Shown: positions 1-13,244 of the stretch, piece by piece
Position numbering within the stretch: the first letter of the stretch is position 1
Layout of the letters: the number at the start of each line of letters is the position of its first letter
Assembly (NCBI GenBank): GCA_024679065.1
Contig: JAGIQG010000014.1
Coordinates: 6,882,001 to 6,946,000 of the forward strand
Direction: 5' to 3'
Source: Sphyrna mokarran
Lineage: Eukaryota
DNA length: 64,000 nt
Position numbers and translations under genes: made by a program
The notes under the pieces: generated by a model
What the model was told of the DNA's origin: nothing
Databases searched by the model: none
What the model saw: the letters and a program-made list of their open reading frames with translations, nothing else

Positions 1-801
1 TGTTTGTGCATGAACTTAAATGCATGAGCATTGTTCCGGTTTCAATAGCGATATATTCAGGAGATGTATAATTCCGCCGGATCTGAGCGACCATCCCACT
101 GACTAAAAAGCTAACGACTCTTGTCAGCCACAGCAGTAGAAAGCTACTAGAAATAGTGAACAAGAAAATAATAGACTTCCTTCGGTTCTGTATCTCTGGA
201 TCATTCTGATTCTCGCTGCTTTGTCCCCGGAGGCCTGCGCGGGCTTTGCTGGACAACAAAATCCGTCTGATTGTCAAAAAATTTAATAGTAATATCAAAA
301 TGAAGGGAATCCATGTCAATAAGATACTTTGTAACCAGCTGAATGCTACACCAATGTGAGAAGTATAAAAAGCCTGGCTAGGGAGGACACCCCATTGAAC
401 ACTATTTATTGTGCTTCTCTCTTCATATGCAAACCAAATGTACAAGTTCTGTGAATAGGTAAGGACTGTGACTGTTGTTAAAACTGCAGCAGCTGTTCTC
501 GCTGTGCAATACGTTGTTTTAAACTTCTGACTGCATATGGCAATATATCGGTCAAACGTGAATGAAACTGTAAACCACACTGACATATACAGGTTATTAC
601 AAAGCATATATATCATTAATTTGCAAACAACGGTGTAGGAGAGGAATGAATTAGGAAAACGTTTTGTCAAAACGTTATACAAAACTACATTGATGAGCAT
701 CACTAACAAATCTGCCATTGCCATGGCCACCATGTAGATAGAGACACATCTGGAAAGGCCGCAGTTTCCTTTGGCGAGGATCACGATGGTCACGAGATTC
801 G
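1..801 (-). CDS. GPR139-like class A GPCR, gene 1 (long-intron 'A' type), exon 2; runs off the left edge of the window
   Basis: Acceptor ttcgttcttacag|CGAATCTC at 802/801. Reads ANLVTIVILAKGNCGLSRC...FDRYIAIC...SSCTN. Colinear without indels with gene 3 (constant offset 22425). Confidence 0.9.
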
Positions 802-1339
802 CTGTAAGAACGAAAGTGAAGAGCCAATAACGGAAATAGTTTGGTGACAGAGAAAGCTTGCGTACACTTTCGCTCAGTTTTTCGCACGGAGACATTCTAT
901 TGAACAAGTGAGCGGAGGAGATATATTTATTGAAATAGACATCATAAAATCAATATTTAGACACCACAATGGTTTCCCCACTGCAATAATTTAAGTGTAA
1001 TCGTTTCCACATGTTGAGGGAAGGGTTGCCCAATTCCGTCTACAGAATGTTAATGCGATGTTACCCTCAGCACCATCGACAACAAAAAAAAAGTCTCAAA
1101 TGAGATCAATTATGATTTCGGAGAACTGAATAAATCGGGTGATCTGGGATTAGCTTCCTTGCATCTATATCGAGTTAATTATAATAAGCAGTACCCCTGG
1201 CACTGGTCTGAAACTGCATTCACCCTAAGTCGAAATCACACCTCGTACTGCATGCCCTGAGGGAAATCCTCAGAAAGAAAATTTCGGTTTCCTCAATAAA
1301 TTGTAGTTTTTTCATTTCCTTAGTGACTGTCCCAGGCTC

Positions 1340-2352
1340 AAACATCTTCAGCTGCTTCATCGTGACCTTTCTTCCACTACAAGGTCAAAATCATTCATGA
1401 CTCCACGATATGTAATATCACACGTGAATCTTCAGATATCAAGACAACTCATGTCCAATTACAACAAGATATGGACAACTTCCAGGTTCGGATTGACACC
1501 TGGCAAATAATGGCTGCGTCACACAAGTTTCAGGGAATGACCCCCACAACATCAATGCATAATCTGAGCACTTCCTCCTCGACGTTTGATACTATCACTG
1601 AGTCTGCAACTATGATCTTCAACCATAAACACAATCGGAACTGAACGAGTGATATGAAAATAAACTTTAACAACACTCAGCAGGGCTGGCAACTTCCGTC
1701 GGGGGAGAAAACAGTCTAGAATTCCCTACGTTTGCTTCAGTTTCCAGCATCCACTCTATTTTGTTTATTTTAGCAAGTAAATAACGTCCAAAAGAGCAGA
1801 TCAGCGTTTAGAAATCCTGAGGTGATTAATTGACCTCTTGTCTCCCAAAATCCGTTGCACTATTTATATGTTGATGGAGTGATGGAATACTCTCCACTTT
1901 CTTGCACGAGGCAACTCCAAAGAAACTCAAGATGCTCTAGACAACGCAGGGCGAAGCAGACTGTTGGAATGCTGACGCGTCCACAAAATGTTAATTAACT
2001 CTACCGCAGATGCGCTGTAGCAGCCTTGAGCAGCAACTCACCAGGCACTTTACACAGAATTGTACAAAACCCTCGACTACTACCATCTAGAAAGTCAAGA
2101 GCAGCAGATATATGGGAACGCTGCCATTTTAATGTTCTCTTAGTCGTCAACCAAACTGAGTGGAAATTTATAGCCGTTCCTTCAATGTAGTTGTACCAAA
2201 ATCTTGGAACTCTCGCTTCTTCTACCAGCACTGTGGGTGCACTTATAACTTGGACCGCAGCGAATCAGGAAGACAGCTCACCACCCTCATCCGAATGGCA
2301 ACGAGGAATGAACAATAAAAGACATCGACGCACACATCTCACAAATGAATAA
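1340..2352 (+). mobile_element. Decayed L2/CR1-group LINE 3' part in intron of gene 1
   Basis: catcttcagctgcttcatcgtgacctt resembles RT segment IFSCFINDL. Ends in a caataaa...acatctcacaaatgaataaa tail like the SINE tail at 17690-17718. Homologs at 25120-26140 and 48848-49870. Confidence 0.6.
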
Positions 2353-3131
2353 AATAAATGCGACCAAACAAATGTTTCATTTCTATTTAGTAGTTCGCTG
2401 TGCTGCCGTTTTGAGAATTAAAACAATCTGCCACGAGGCTTGTGTCAATTGATGCATCGACCAATTGTATAAGTGAGCGCGGTGGCACGGTGGGGCAATC
2501 GATTGAATTTAGTGTATTACGTTTACTTGAAGAGAGAGTGTCTCAAGAACGGCATCCAGTATCAGGGATACCCAATAGTATTACAAATAAATCAGAGAGA
2601 TGACAATATTAGCTATAGAAATAAATACAAGACTGTGGGATTCTACTGTTTATCGTCAGCGTAAGGGAACGGTCGGGCACAGAAAGGGAAATAATGGGGC
2701 GGGAAAACTGATTTTCAGCCATGAGGGAAAGAGCAGCCTCCTGAACAGGTTTTTTTCCCCTTAAAATATATTCCAATGATTTTTTGCTTTCCGGAGATGC
2801 CGCATATCGTGTTACTGTCATCTTAATGGGGTAAGAATACAGATTGTCATTGCAAATAAATCGCATACAGACCTATGAACTGTTGGAAGGGCGGAGAATC
2901 AGCCTCGATCTCTGTAAATGTGGGAAGGGAAGTTAAACTCCAAGTGTCACATTCTTCTGAGCTGAACTGCTGCTCACAGACCATGCGAACATGAGACTCT
3001 CACTGCTATTCAACAATTTATGTCGGCAGAAAGAAAAAACAATGCAATAATGACCTTTTCGCATTCAGTTGCTGAATCAGTGAGCAGTGAAATATTCCGC
3101 AACTATGAAGCAAAATGGTACATTCACTTAC

Positions 3132-3201
3132 CGGGAGCACCAAAAGTTGCCAGCACTGGATAGAAAATTCCCTTGATCTGTAGAATTAATGGGAGGGCCA
3201 T
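3132..3201 (-). CDS. GPCR gene 1 exon 1 (MALPLILQIKGIFYPVLATFGAP + G)
   Basis: cacaATGG start at 3201, 70 nt, donor CCG|gtaagt at 3131. Phase 1 matches exon 2 (G+CG = Ala). Intron 802-3131. Confidence 0.9.
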
Positions 3202-3269
3202 TGTGATTTCGAAAAGAATGCAAACGTTTCACTAGATGCACAGTTGTATGTCTGATTCGTAAGTTCTCC

Positions 3270-3380
3270 CTTTTGTACGGTAATATGTTCCCTGGGGAGG
3301 GGGGGGGTGGAATTGCGTCAGTTTCAGCAACTGAATGTAAAAGGTCCCTTCCCTCTGGAGGGAATGCTGGTTGGCCAATC
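3270..3380 (-). promoter_or_regulatory. Putative proximal GPCR promoter: CCAAT box, TGACGCAAT site, TATA-like TACAAAAG
   Basis: + strand cttttgta 3270-3277, attgcgtca 3312-3320, ttggccaatc 3371-3380. Same order upstream of exon 1 in genes 2-4 (gene 3 has TGCAAAAG at the TATA-like position). Confidence 0.5.
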
Positions 3381-4572
3381 GACACACTGTCAGTCCATGA
3401 AGCTCCGTCAATTAACATTAGTGATCAGAATAGAGTCCCCGAGCACATGCGTTCTGCGCTGTTTCCCAGAGGATAGAATTGAACACCCACATTGACACAA
3501 TGTTTGATTCTGCCAACTTCATCATGCACTTATTTAAAAGCACGCATTTAATGCACAGCTTAAATGTATTTCGCGCCTCTTTCCCTAACTTTTCAGTTGA
3601 TGTACACTGTGATAATTAGTGATGAATCGACGTTTCTATTTGAGACAATTATCTTACTTTCCTGTGTCTTTACTACAGTCTGAATTATAGGAACTAAACT
3701 ACAAATTTACCACTAGTGTTAATCTACCATTAACAATGCTAACCTAACTTAAATATGTATGACCTACTGAATCATTACCTGAGATGATACTATCTCACAG
3801 TGTCCCGTGCCAGCCCGTGAAATGTAGATTAGGTTTGGTATTATTCTTTGTCATCCGCCTGACCCACCAGCAAGAATTTGAGATCCAGCGTTTGACACAG
3901 CTTGATGGACACGTTGCATCGCTCTGAACGACTGAGAGCAAGATATTGCTGGCGATTGATCTCAGTGCAGCCGAGCTACAAAAGAAAATTTCGGAATGCT
4001 TTGCAGGATTTTATTGACCTCAGCTGAAACTTTACCTATTTGAGGTTTCAATCCATCAGCAAGTCATTTGGATATTTCCTTGTCGTGTGGACACGATATG
4101 TCATCCAATGAAACGGTTTTTCTACGAGTCTTCCCTGACCACTTAGCCAGTATTTAATTTGACCAAACGTTTGTTGTCCCTCGACAAGAAATGCCTCCAT
4201 TGTAACTCTTGATTCTTAAATTCAAATCCCTCATGGCTATGCTGTTGCCCATCTCAATCATGGCTTCCACCCAAAGATTTACTAAGCTTTACGATTTTCT
4301 TATCTTGGCATTGTGGGCATTGCTCGAATTTGGCATTCGGGTTTTCAACTGAATTGATCCAAATCACGAGTTTTTTTCCCCCCTAAAGAATCTGTAGCAA
4401 TCCTTTATATTTGAACAAGATTTTGTTGCAAGAGCTGATGTCTCCTTCCATGGTCAGAGTCAGTGTTTTTGCCATGTATTGACAACTCTCTTAACAAGAA
4501 AGTTGGAAATTTGATTACTTTAATGACGCTTCAAAGACAAGCTGCTCTTGTGAAGAATAATATCAATTATTA

Positions 4573-4791
4573 TTCTTTACTCAAAGAGTGATTAGGGAGT
4601 GGAATGCCCTGCCTGCAGCTGTTGTAGATGCGCCAAGTTTGGTGGCGTTTAAGAGGTTAGTTGATAAGTATATGGAAGAGAAGGGAATGGTTGAGTTAGG
4701 AGGGGCATTGCTTTTTATTTTGGTCGGCACAACATCGAAGGCCGAAGGGCCTGTTCTGTGCTGTATTGTTCTATGTTCTATGTTCTATGTT
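4573..4791 (+). mobile_element. Young 5'-truncated CR1 LINE 3' end with (TTCTATG)n tail
   Basis: Encodes REWNALPAAVVDAPSLVAFKRLVDKYMEEKGMV, then ggccgaagggcc stem and gttctatgttctatgttctatg tail. Absent from the duplicate copy. Confidence 0.9.
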
Positions 4792-5039
4792 ATATTCAAG
4801 CTTGCATTCCTCGTTCCAAATTTTCTTACAAGAAGAAACATCCTCTCCACCTTCACTCAATAATGTTCTTCAGGGTGTGGAAGCTTTTGATCAAGTCATC
4901 CATTTCCCAACTGAATTCTTGTGAGTGCAAATTTAACTTCTCCAATCTTCCATCATGGAACAAGCCAATTATTCCTTGAACTCGTGCAGTCGACGATTAT
5001 TCCGTCACTATTGAAAAAGATCATTTTTCTTTGTTATCC

Positions 5040-7370
5040 AGACGTTATGCTGACCGTATGTGGAAGTCTCTGCTGAACCTGATCTTCCCAGGTTCCAGTG
5101 TAGTGAGGACAGGACAATGCGGCTTGCAAGTGGTCGATGGCACTATTCTCAGTCCTAGCTCTTAGTCGAGTTTTACTTGAAGCAGGTTGAAACATGATTT
5201 CTGTCTTCTTTGTACTGATGGTAAGACAGAACTTATTGCATGGAGCAGAAGAATTATGCATTGCTCACTGAAAGCATTTAGTGCACAGTCACCAGCAAAT
5301 TGAAATTCATGTGGTCTATCATAGAGGGACTTCGTCTTGCCGTGGTGGCGTCGCAAATTGAAAATTTGGCTGTCTATCCCATACTTGATTTCTGTGCCTA
5401 ATCTTTGCCTCGATGGCATAAGTGCGCACGGCTGAGGTCATGAGGTTCAAGAGGACCAGTGCCAGCATGCAGCAGTGTTACATTCTATTGATGACAGGGA
5501 ACGGAGCCGAAATCACATTGTCAAGGCGGAAACGGGCCTGCATGCCATTGTGCAACTGTCGAACCATCTGATTGAGTTAGTCTGGAAACCCAAACTTGTT
5601 CATAATCTTCCAGAGCCTTTCGCTGCTGTCAATATCGTAGCCTTGGCTAGATCGATGAATTTGATGCATTGTTCAGCATTTTGTTTTGGATACTTCTCCT
5701 GCATTTGGCTAGGGACACATGCCATGTTGATAATTTCAATTCCTCCTTTTCCCTTACACACACTGGCTCTCTGGAAAGAACCCTGCTCCGATGAATTGGT
5801 TTAGAAACTTTTTGCTAATTCCTTTCCGAAATAATCAGCACATCTAGTCAGTTGTGTTTGTCACGGGATTGGAATTCTACTTTATGTTTGCAGATGTGAG
5901 CAAACAAGTAGTCATTGAAATATTGCGGGAGGACCCTTTGCTCCCATGTGAACTTCAGAGCTGGCTGTGCTTTCTGAGCCTCTATGATGCACCATATCTA
6001 TAGATGTTTGCTGGAATTTGATCGGCTCCAGGGGTTTTGTCGTTTGATAATTGCTCTTAACCGTTCTCACTTTCAAAGAGTGTCGGTGCAGTGCCAAGAC
6101 AAGCGCTGGTATTGACCTGGGAATGTTTATTTATTGCTTCAAGATTAATATAGGATGGTGAATTGAGGACGTTGTTGAAAGCCACAGCCGTCTCGAACAT
6201 CAGAAATTATACTTTGAGAAATATCGTCTCAGAATCGTTGCAATATCAGAGTACAATTTTCTGGATGAGCCCTAAAGAACATCAAGACAGATTCGTAGTG
6301 GTGCCTCATGCTTGTTTTCTTTTGTCAACACGGCTTGTGTTTCATCCGTCTTTTGTCTCAGCCACTGGCTGTGCATATCATGTCGTCTGCCTTGGACTGT
6401 GCTGCGAATGGTGTGATAAACAGTTCTGTATTCCTCCGGATTATCCTTTAGGTATGTTCTGTACAATTGATATTTGTCTTCAAAAGAGTGCCAGATTTCA
6501 GGGCCACTTTCATCACAACAGGTCTAGTGTTTGCTTCTTGTGTGATCCAATACCTGTTAAGCTGTGGCGTACACAGTCTCCCGTCAGAAACCCCAAAACT
6601 CCTCGATCTTATCGTCGGGTTTCTGCAGGTGACTTGGCTTCCTTAGATCATCAGTGAGTTGCAGTTCGATGTGGTCCATCTTCAAGCTTCAGATTTTCAG
6701 TCGTTTGGTAATCGTATTCCCTTGAGGGCGTCACTTTATCTCCATCTTCAGAGAAGCTTTGGAGATAACATAGTTGTGCTCAATCCAACAGCCGGTGCCA
6801 TTCATGGTCTAAATCATGTTTAGATCCTGCCCGAGATCCCTCCTGACAATTATGTAGTTCATGAGAATCCAATGGCCAGTTTTCGCGTCCACTCTGTCAG
6901 GATGCCTGAATTTGACATGGAAGCCAGAAAACTGCACTGGAGAACAGAAGTTCATAATCAGCGTTGAATTGTAAGCGGAGCAGACCATTGCTGTTGCTTT
7001 TGCCAAATGCGTTTTTCAGGACCACACCTCCCCAGGTCTGTGCTGATTCTGGCATTAAAGTTATCAATTTTTGTTCAGCTTGTCGTTGTCGCTATAGTCA
7101 GGGAGTGGGGCCTTTACAGAATCCGCGTTTGATGAATTCAGGATTGGTTCCCCTGGGAGTGAAAGCATTGGTGATATATATTGCCTTCTTTTTTTGCTTT
7201 CTTCATTATGAAGATCATTATGATCTTGGATGACATGAGATAGTGTAGAAGGCTGCTCAAAATTTTCACCAGTTCATTTTATTTTTGTTCTAAACTCACT
7301 ACAGCCTCGGGCCTGTCCTTTTCGGTTTAACAATTCCAAATTTGCTCAGAGTGGCAAAGCCAACTTTGAA
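5040..7370 (-). mobile_element. Decayed RTE-clade LINE (endonuclease + RT)
   Basis: Fragments IFNLRRHHGKTK...FQFAGDCAL, CLTISTKKTEIMFQPA and KTGHWILMNYIIVRRD match RTE motifs LFNLRRLQAKTK, FADDCAL, GLTISTKKTEVM and HWHLIDYVIVR. Many stops and frameshifts. Confidence 0.85.
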
Positions 7371-8704
7371 TTGGGATGGACCTCTCCCAAGAGGCCAGTT
7401 TTTTTTTCTGTTCTGGTCTGCAAGCTTGGATGTTGTGCAAGAGAATGCGTGCCTACCTTGTACCAGAAGTGAGATTTATCACATTTGTTTTCTTTCTCTC
7501 TTTGATATTGCTGCCTCTCAACTGTAGGAACGCAAAAGCGACTTTTGTAATTCAGGCAATCTTTTGGACAGCCTTCCTAGTTCCTTACTCAGACGATGTT
7601 TTTGAGCAGTGCTGTCTTGAAAAGGGCTGCTCAATCTCTCGACGCTTTCAACGCTGCTTCACTTCAGTGAAAGATTACCCCATCGACTGAGCCACCTATA
7701 TGCAGATTCACAGCTGCAGTCACCAATGTATTATTGAAACTGCTTTGTCGCTTACGCCACGGCTTTTGGGATTTGGATCATAGAAATATGGAGACGATTT
7801 GCGCGAGGATTTGATTTAAGTGAAGGACAGTTGCCTCACACTCTACTCCTGCATCCATTGGCAGCACAGAATGCAGATGGCTGGACGTAAGCAGGGTGCA
7901 CTGGGTGATCTTCTTGTGTCTCGTTTTGCTCATCGTGTTCCATAACACTTTGTTTTTCATTCTACTGAATCGTTTCTTCCACGCACTTAGCAAGACTTCG
8001 CACTCTCAGACAGGCTCGCCATGTTTCCCAGACGACCTCAGCACATCAGCTACTCTCACCTGTTTTATCCCACTCGTAGAAATTATTTACAGTACTATGG
8101 AAGCTGCCGCGTTGAGCTTCTGGCCTGGGTCACTGTCATGTGGTCACTGCACATTCTCCCGTCTCTTCTTGGGTTTCCTTCCGGCTTCTTCGCACTGTCA
8201 GAAAGTTTGCTGCTTTGGCGATGCTAACTTTTCCTTCAGATTAGCCGCACAGGCACTGGAGTATGGCGACTTGGGAATTTTGATAGCCACTTCATCGCAG
8301 TGTCAATGTCAGCCGACATGTGACACTAAGAAATAAACAGAGCTTAAACTTAATTTCAGCAGCTACTTGGAGCTTAAGGTGAGGGATCAGCGCTCCCTGT
8401 TGTCCAGTGCACGTGAACTGCTCTAAAAATGCGCAACGTGCTCCTGACAGAAGTATGCACTTTTCTCCTGTCACCGTGTACACCACAAACTGCAATTAGT
8501 GCAGTTTATCTTCTCTCAAATGCTTCTAAAGTATCCGCACTTTCCTTTGATAAGGAGAGCACTTTGTGATATGCACTTAGTGATTTGCACAATTGAGAAA
8601 TTTACAGAACGATCTTTCTTGTGTACATTCTGTCACAACAAGTATTATAAAAAATCCTATTCACGAAATCCATTTCCATGTCGTCGTAGATTCCCATTTC
8701 TTTA

Positions 8705-9050
8705 GATCAGAAGAATAAGTGGGAGGAGTACGCAGTTTAGGTCCTCGAACATGCTCTGGCATTCAGTACAATAATGACTAATCTTATCAGTCTTAACTCC
8801 ACTTTCCAGACAATTCTATATAAGCTTCCAACAGTTTACTAATCATAACAATTTCTCCCGCTTAAATTTATTCGCGGTCCCGCGATCCACCGCATTTATG
8901 TGCAGTGAATTCTACAGATTCACGACTCCTTGAGAGGAATAATTACACCTCACCTTTGCTTAAACTTTGCTACCCTTTAGCCGAACAGTAAGGCCTCTCG
9001 TTCCAGCCTGTCTCTTCATTAGAGGCACCATTTCCACCTCTACTTTGTAA
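8705..9050 (-). mobile_element. Old CR1 3' end relic (copy at ~32565-32910)
   Basis: ggaggagta...cctcgaacatgctctggcattcagtac...gaattctacagattcacgactcc pattern, typical of a CR1 3' UTR read on the reverse strand. Confidence 0.55.
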
Positions 9051-10101
9051 ATTTCTAATGTTCATGTGCATCATAGAAAGTCAACGAGGTACAAAGGCAT
9101 GACGTACATGTTTTAGTATCAAGGTTTGTTTAACATAATTACATGATTCTTAAAATTCACTCCATGTAATACAAATTTGTATTCTCTGTTCCAATATCGA
9201 AAATATACCTCAGTCTATTCTCTTTCCACTGCCAAGCAGATCAACTTGTTGTTCGAAAGATACTTTTACTTTTGAATAATACAACTGTAATTCACCTAAT
9301 TGCTGTATTGTTGTTCTCCTTTATCGTTTCTAACAATAAAATTGTGTTTTACAAATCATTTATTCCGCAAAGTTATCAAACAATTCGGTTTCTCTTTCTG
9401 AAGTTTGTTTTTAAATAAATTGCATATTAATCCTCAAACTGGCCCATATGCTGATTCCGCTCTGGACTTTGTTGATTTGAAATGCCTATTCTTCACTAAT
9501 TAGTCGGAAATGGTGTACGATGGAAAATGCGACAAAATGACGATTCCCCATCCCATAACTGAATTAAAACTTTTGTTCAAAACAGCCACCAACCCCGCCT
9601 CAATTACACCATGCCCGTCTTTGCAATGACGGCATGTCCTGCCCACCATCAACCCAGAGAACCCAAAAGCACAGTTCACAAAAGTATGCAAATTCGTCGC
9701 TGCTGAACTGCTTTAATGTTTTACTTTCAACTTCTGAAAAGTATGCCTGTAATTGCTGAATTGAAATCGACAGTTACCTCATTTGAGGATGCCAGAGGAA
9801 TGTTGTATATTGCGGTCTGTGTCTTGAAGTAGCATACGTAAAACTTATTGATCAGCAACGAGAGGGAAAACTCAGTCAGTTACATCTGTGAAACACTGGA
9901 CAATGTGTTACTGAATAAGCCAGTCCGACTGAAGACATAGTTTATTTAGATCTGCAATTGAATGTAAAGGAGCAATGCTAGTGATAGTGGATTGTGGAGT
10001 TTGGGGCGAGTGTCGGGGGTGGGGGAGTTGGAAGGAGACAGGAGTGAATAATTGGAGCCTGCAAGAGGTTGCAGCTGTCTGTTCAAAGGGGATGGGAAGT
10101 T

Positions 10102-10103
10102 TG

Positions 10104-10140
<37 letters not shown>
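10102..10140. repeat. (GT)n microsatellite (copy at 33961-33997)
   Basis: Direct reading. Confidence 0.95.
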
Positions 10141-10146
<6 letters not shown>

Positions 10147-10199
10147 GCGGGGTGGGATAGTGGAGAGGCCTTGAGCCTCAGACTACATTCTAGTTGTTG

Positions 10200-10565
10200 T
10201 TAACCAGCAGAGTGCAGATCACGGTTCCCGTGGCCTTTCCCTAGGGACTGAGAGTCCTCCGACTGTAGGCCTAGGCTTCTCGGGCGTTTCCTTTCCTCTG
10301 CAAGTCGCTCTGGAGGAATCCCCGTCTCTGAGGCTGCAGCGCCTGCTGTTGCTCACATGTAGGCAGCTGCTCCGCGTCACTTCCAGTCGGGAGTCTCCAG
10401 ATTCGTAAGAATCTTCAATCAAAACTAAATGCATTCAAGCAATATTCCAGACTTTAAGAGAGTTGGAATGAAGTTTGAGATGCACAGATGAAAAATAAAA
10501 GATAGCTTTGAAAGTATGCTGGGCACAGCTTGCAAGAAATCGCCTCGCTCCGGCGCCATCTTGGA
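10200..10565 (-). promoter_or_regulatory. GC-rich promoter-like block with ETS-CRE (GGAAGTGACGC) and YY1 (CAAGATGGCGCC) motifs
   Basis: gcgtcacttcc at 10374-10384 and ggcgccatcttg near 10552-10563. Paralogous blocks at ~18340-18710, ~34060-34420, ~42640-43010 (YY1 motif degenerate in the 18.3k and 42.6k blocks). Confidence 0.45.
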
Positions 10566-11789
10566 AGGCAAATATGGGTATGCAACGCTCTATTTTAAAA
10601 TAGGTTGCTTGCTAATCCTGGCACTCGCCCTTGAAGCAGTATCCGTCTTGGTCATTGATGATTTAAAGTGACTACATACGCTACTTAGTCTGAAAAGGTG
10701 AATGCTGAAGGATATCAAAACAGAAAAACGAAAAGAGTATGCAACATTTACTATAGTTCTGTTTGCAGTTGACATTGTGGCTTTGTAATCCCGAGATAGC
10801 AATCCAGACACCGCTCGTATGGTCTGGATTCGAGGTTAGAATGCCTTTACGTTTTGGAATTTGAAAACTTTTTTTTTTCAAAAACCGTATGATGACTATG
10901 AACGGATTGTTGTAAATAGCTTTCTCATTCACGTATCCCGCTAGAGAAGGGAACATGTTATCCTCAACTGTTGTGAAGTCCATTCCAACCCATCGCAATC
11001 TAGTTGACTATTAAATGGGCGATAGGACAGGAGCAGTAAATTATACCGAAGTCAGCCGCGTCCCCATCCCAGTAATGACTAAAAAGTGTTGCTCCCTCTC
11101 CCTCCTTTGTCTGTTTAATGAACCTTCGTGTGTATATAACACGGGACTCTAACTGTTGGGCTTGATGTACGTACTCACTCTTCCTGATATTATTTTTTTG
11201 TTTTTGCAGCGATGTTGCCCACATGACTGAGCACATTTTTGAGCGGTTCTTTAGGACAATATCATGCAAATTACGTGTTGGTTGCTTCATGCCTCGATCA
11301 ATAATTATTTCAGCACAGTGTCTGTGTAGTGCAACCGGTAGGCAACATTAATCGGAATGCATTCATTAACATTGTGGCAAGCAATTCCAAATGGAGGGGT
11401 CTAGGTTGCTTGACTGGTATCTGCTCTGCATTTCTCCTTTCATTGCTGCAGCTGCCAAAGTATATAAGAAAGAACCTGCTGCTCACGAATGTAAAAATTC
11501 AGCAATCACCTGGAGGAAGCCATGAATCAACTGGTTAAACTGCATATTTTTACATTCTCCACATTTTAAATAGAAATCAGATCCATGCATGTTGACGAAT
11601 TCTGAACAGGTGGTTTCATTTGAGACAAAGTGGAACATATTGAATAAACGCACAGTACTTGGATGAACTTGTCGTTTGGAGGGAAATGACAAGAATGGAA
11701 AGATCAAAGTGATTTTAAAATTTTTCATTTAACATTAACCTAAGGGGTCGCACGAGGCATCAGGAGGCACCTGTCGTGCACATTAATAT

Positions 11790-12750
11790 TTGTGGTGTGA
11801 GGCTGCCTGTGGTCAAACGCGACTGTTGAAGTGTAAGGCACCATATCTATGTAACAAAGCAACGACGCTGTAAGTTAGCATCACCAAGATAAGGCAGTAT
11901 ATGGTGTAAAGCAATTTCTGCAATTTAAGAGGCAACCAGTGTACAGTAGAACGTACGGTGTAATGAATTAGCTGCAAAGTGAGGCGTAACCAGGTAAGGG
12001 ACACATGATCCACCAGTATCAGAAGATTACTGCGTGTAAGGTTCAACATGTGGTGTAAGATAGCAACTGTGGTGTAAGGCAGTATCTGTGATATGAGGCA
12101 CTACCCGTATTGCAAAACCTGTGTCATTAGTCACTTCCTGCAATGTAAGGTCCTATCTGCGGCACAAGGCAGCATTTTTGTTGTGCAGTGGTACCAGCTT
12201 TCTAAACCTGTGGTATAATGAAGAAACTGCAATGAAAGACATTTCCTGCAGTAAGGGCAATTCCTGTGGTGAAGGCAGTACCTGTGGAGTCCGGCAATAT
12301 CTGAGGTGACATCATTCCCCGCTGTCTAAGCCAGTACATTTGTTGTAACACAGCAACTACGGCGTAAGACAATCCTTGCGGTTCCCAGTGGTACCAGTGT
12401 TATAATCCAGATCAGAAATTTCAAGGTGTTTGTATGAAGGTTGCCTGAACCAGTGAGGACATTATCCACATTGGAAGGCAGCAGCTGCGGTGGAAGCCAA
12501 TATCTGCAGTGTAAGGGCATGTGGCTGATGCAACACAATACCTTTGGAGCAATCAGTGCCTGCGGTGTAAAGATGCTTCAGTGATGTAAGATGGAACTTC
12601 TTATGTAAGGAAGTAGCTTCGATGTAAGAGAGCACCTATGGTGTAACAGCAACTGCAGTGCAGGGCTTCACTTGCGGTTTCCTATGGTTCCTGTGTTACA
12701 AAGTATGTCAGAAATTTCAAAGTGTTTAATGAAGTCAGCCTAAATCATAT
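11790..12750. repeat. Degenerate 19-bp minisatellite (consensus ~CCTGTGGTGTAAGGCAGTA) with an internal ~300-bp higher-order duplication
   Basis: Units such as actgtggtgtaaggcagta, tctgtgatatgaggcacta, cctgtggagtccggcaata. 12343-12450 resembles 12640-12746. Confidence 0.8.
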
Positions 12751-13244
12751 GCTTTGCACATTGAATTTGTCGCAAGTAAACTTGAGATGTTTCACATTTT
12801 TGACTTAAATGAACTACTGTGAGATTGTCACAAAAAGTTAATTTCAGAATACAGACAATACATGGAAAATTAGCAGATTTTTTTTAGCAATTACGAGCAA
12901 TAAAAGAAACAACAAAGATGTGAAATAAATCTTAACAGCTCAATGCATTGTACAAACGCAATATGCATACCAACATATGCCTCCAGATTCGATTTAAATC
13001 AAAAATTGCGTTTGCCCAATGAGTTTTCGGTTCTACAAGGCTTGTGGTTGTCAATTCTTAAGATGCCGCAATTCCAGATTTCCAACAACTCCAAAAGACT
13101 GCTTTAGGCCCAGATTAAAAATAAACAAAACACAATTTAATCATTTGAGGACCAATTAAATGGCAGTTTTCAGACACTTAGGTGTCCGTTTATTATTGCA
13201 GAAAACACGATTAAACATGCATGTCTGAAAGCATAGTAGCGCCG

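Noticed and set aside
6163-6657. Cys-rich 164-aa ORF (also 30026-30514)
   Set aside because: Antisense reading of the decayed RTE LINE.
7896-8336. 146-aa ORF preserved in both duplicates (also 31755-32195)
   Set aside because: GTG start and no recognisable domain. Preservation is expected from the recent duplication. The origin of this block stays unassigned.
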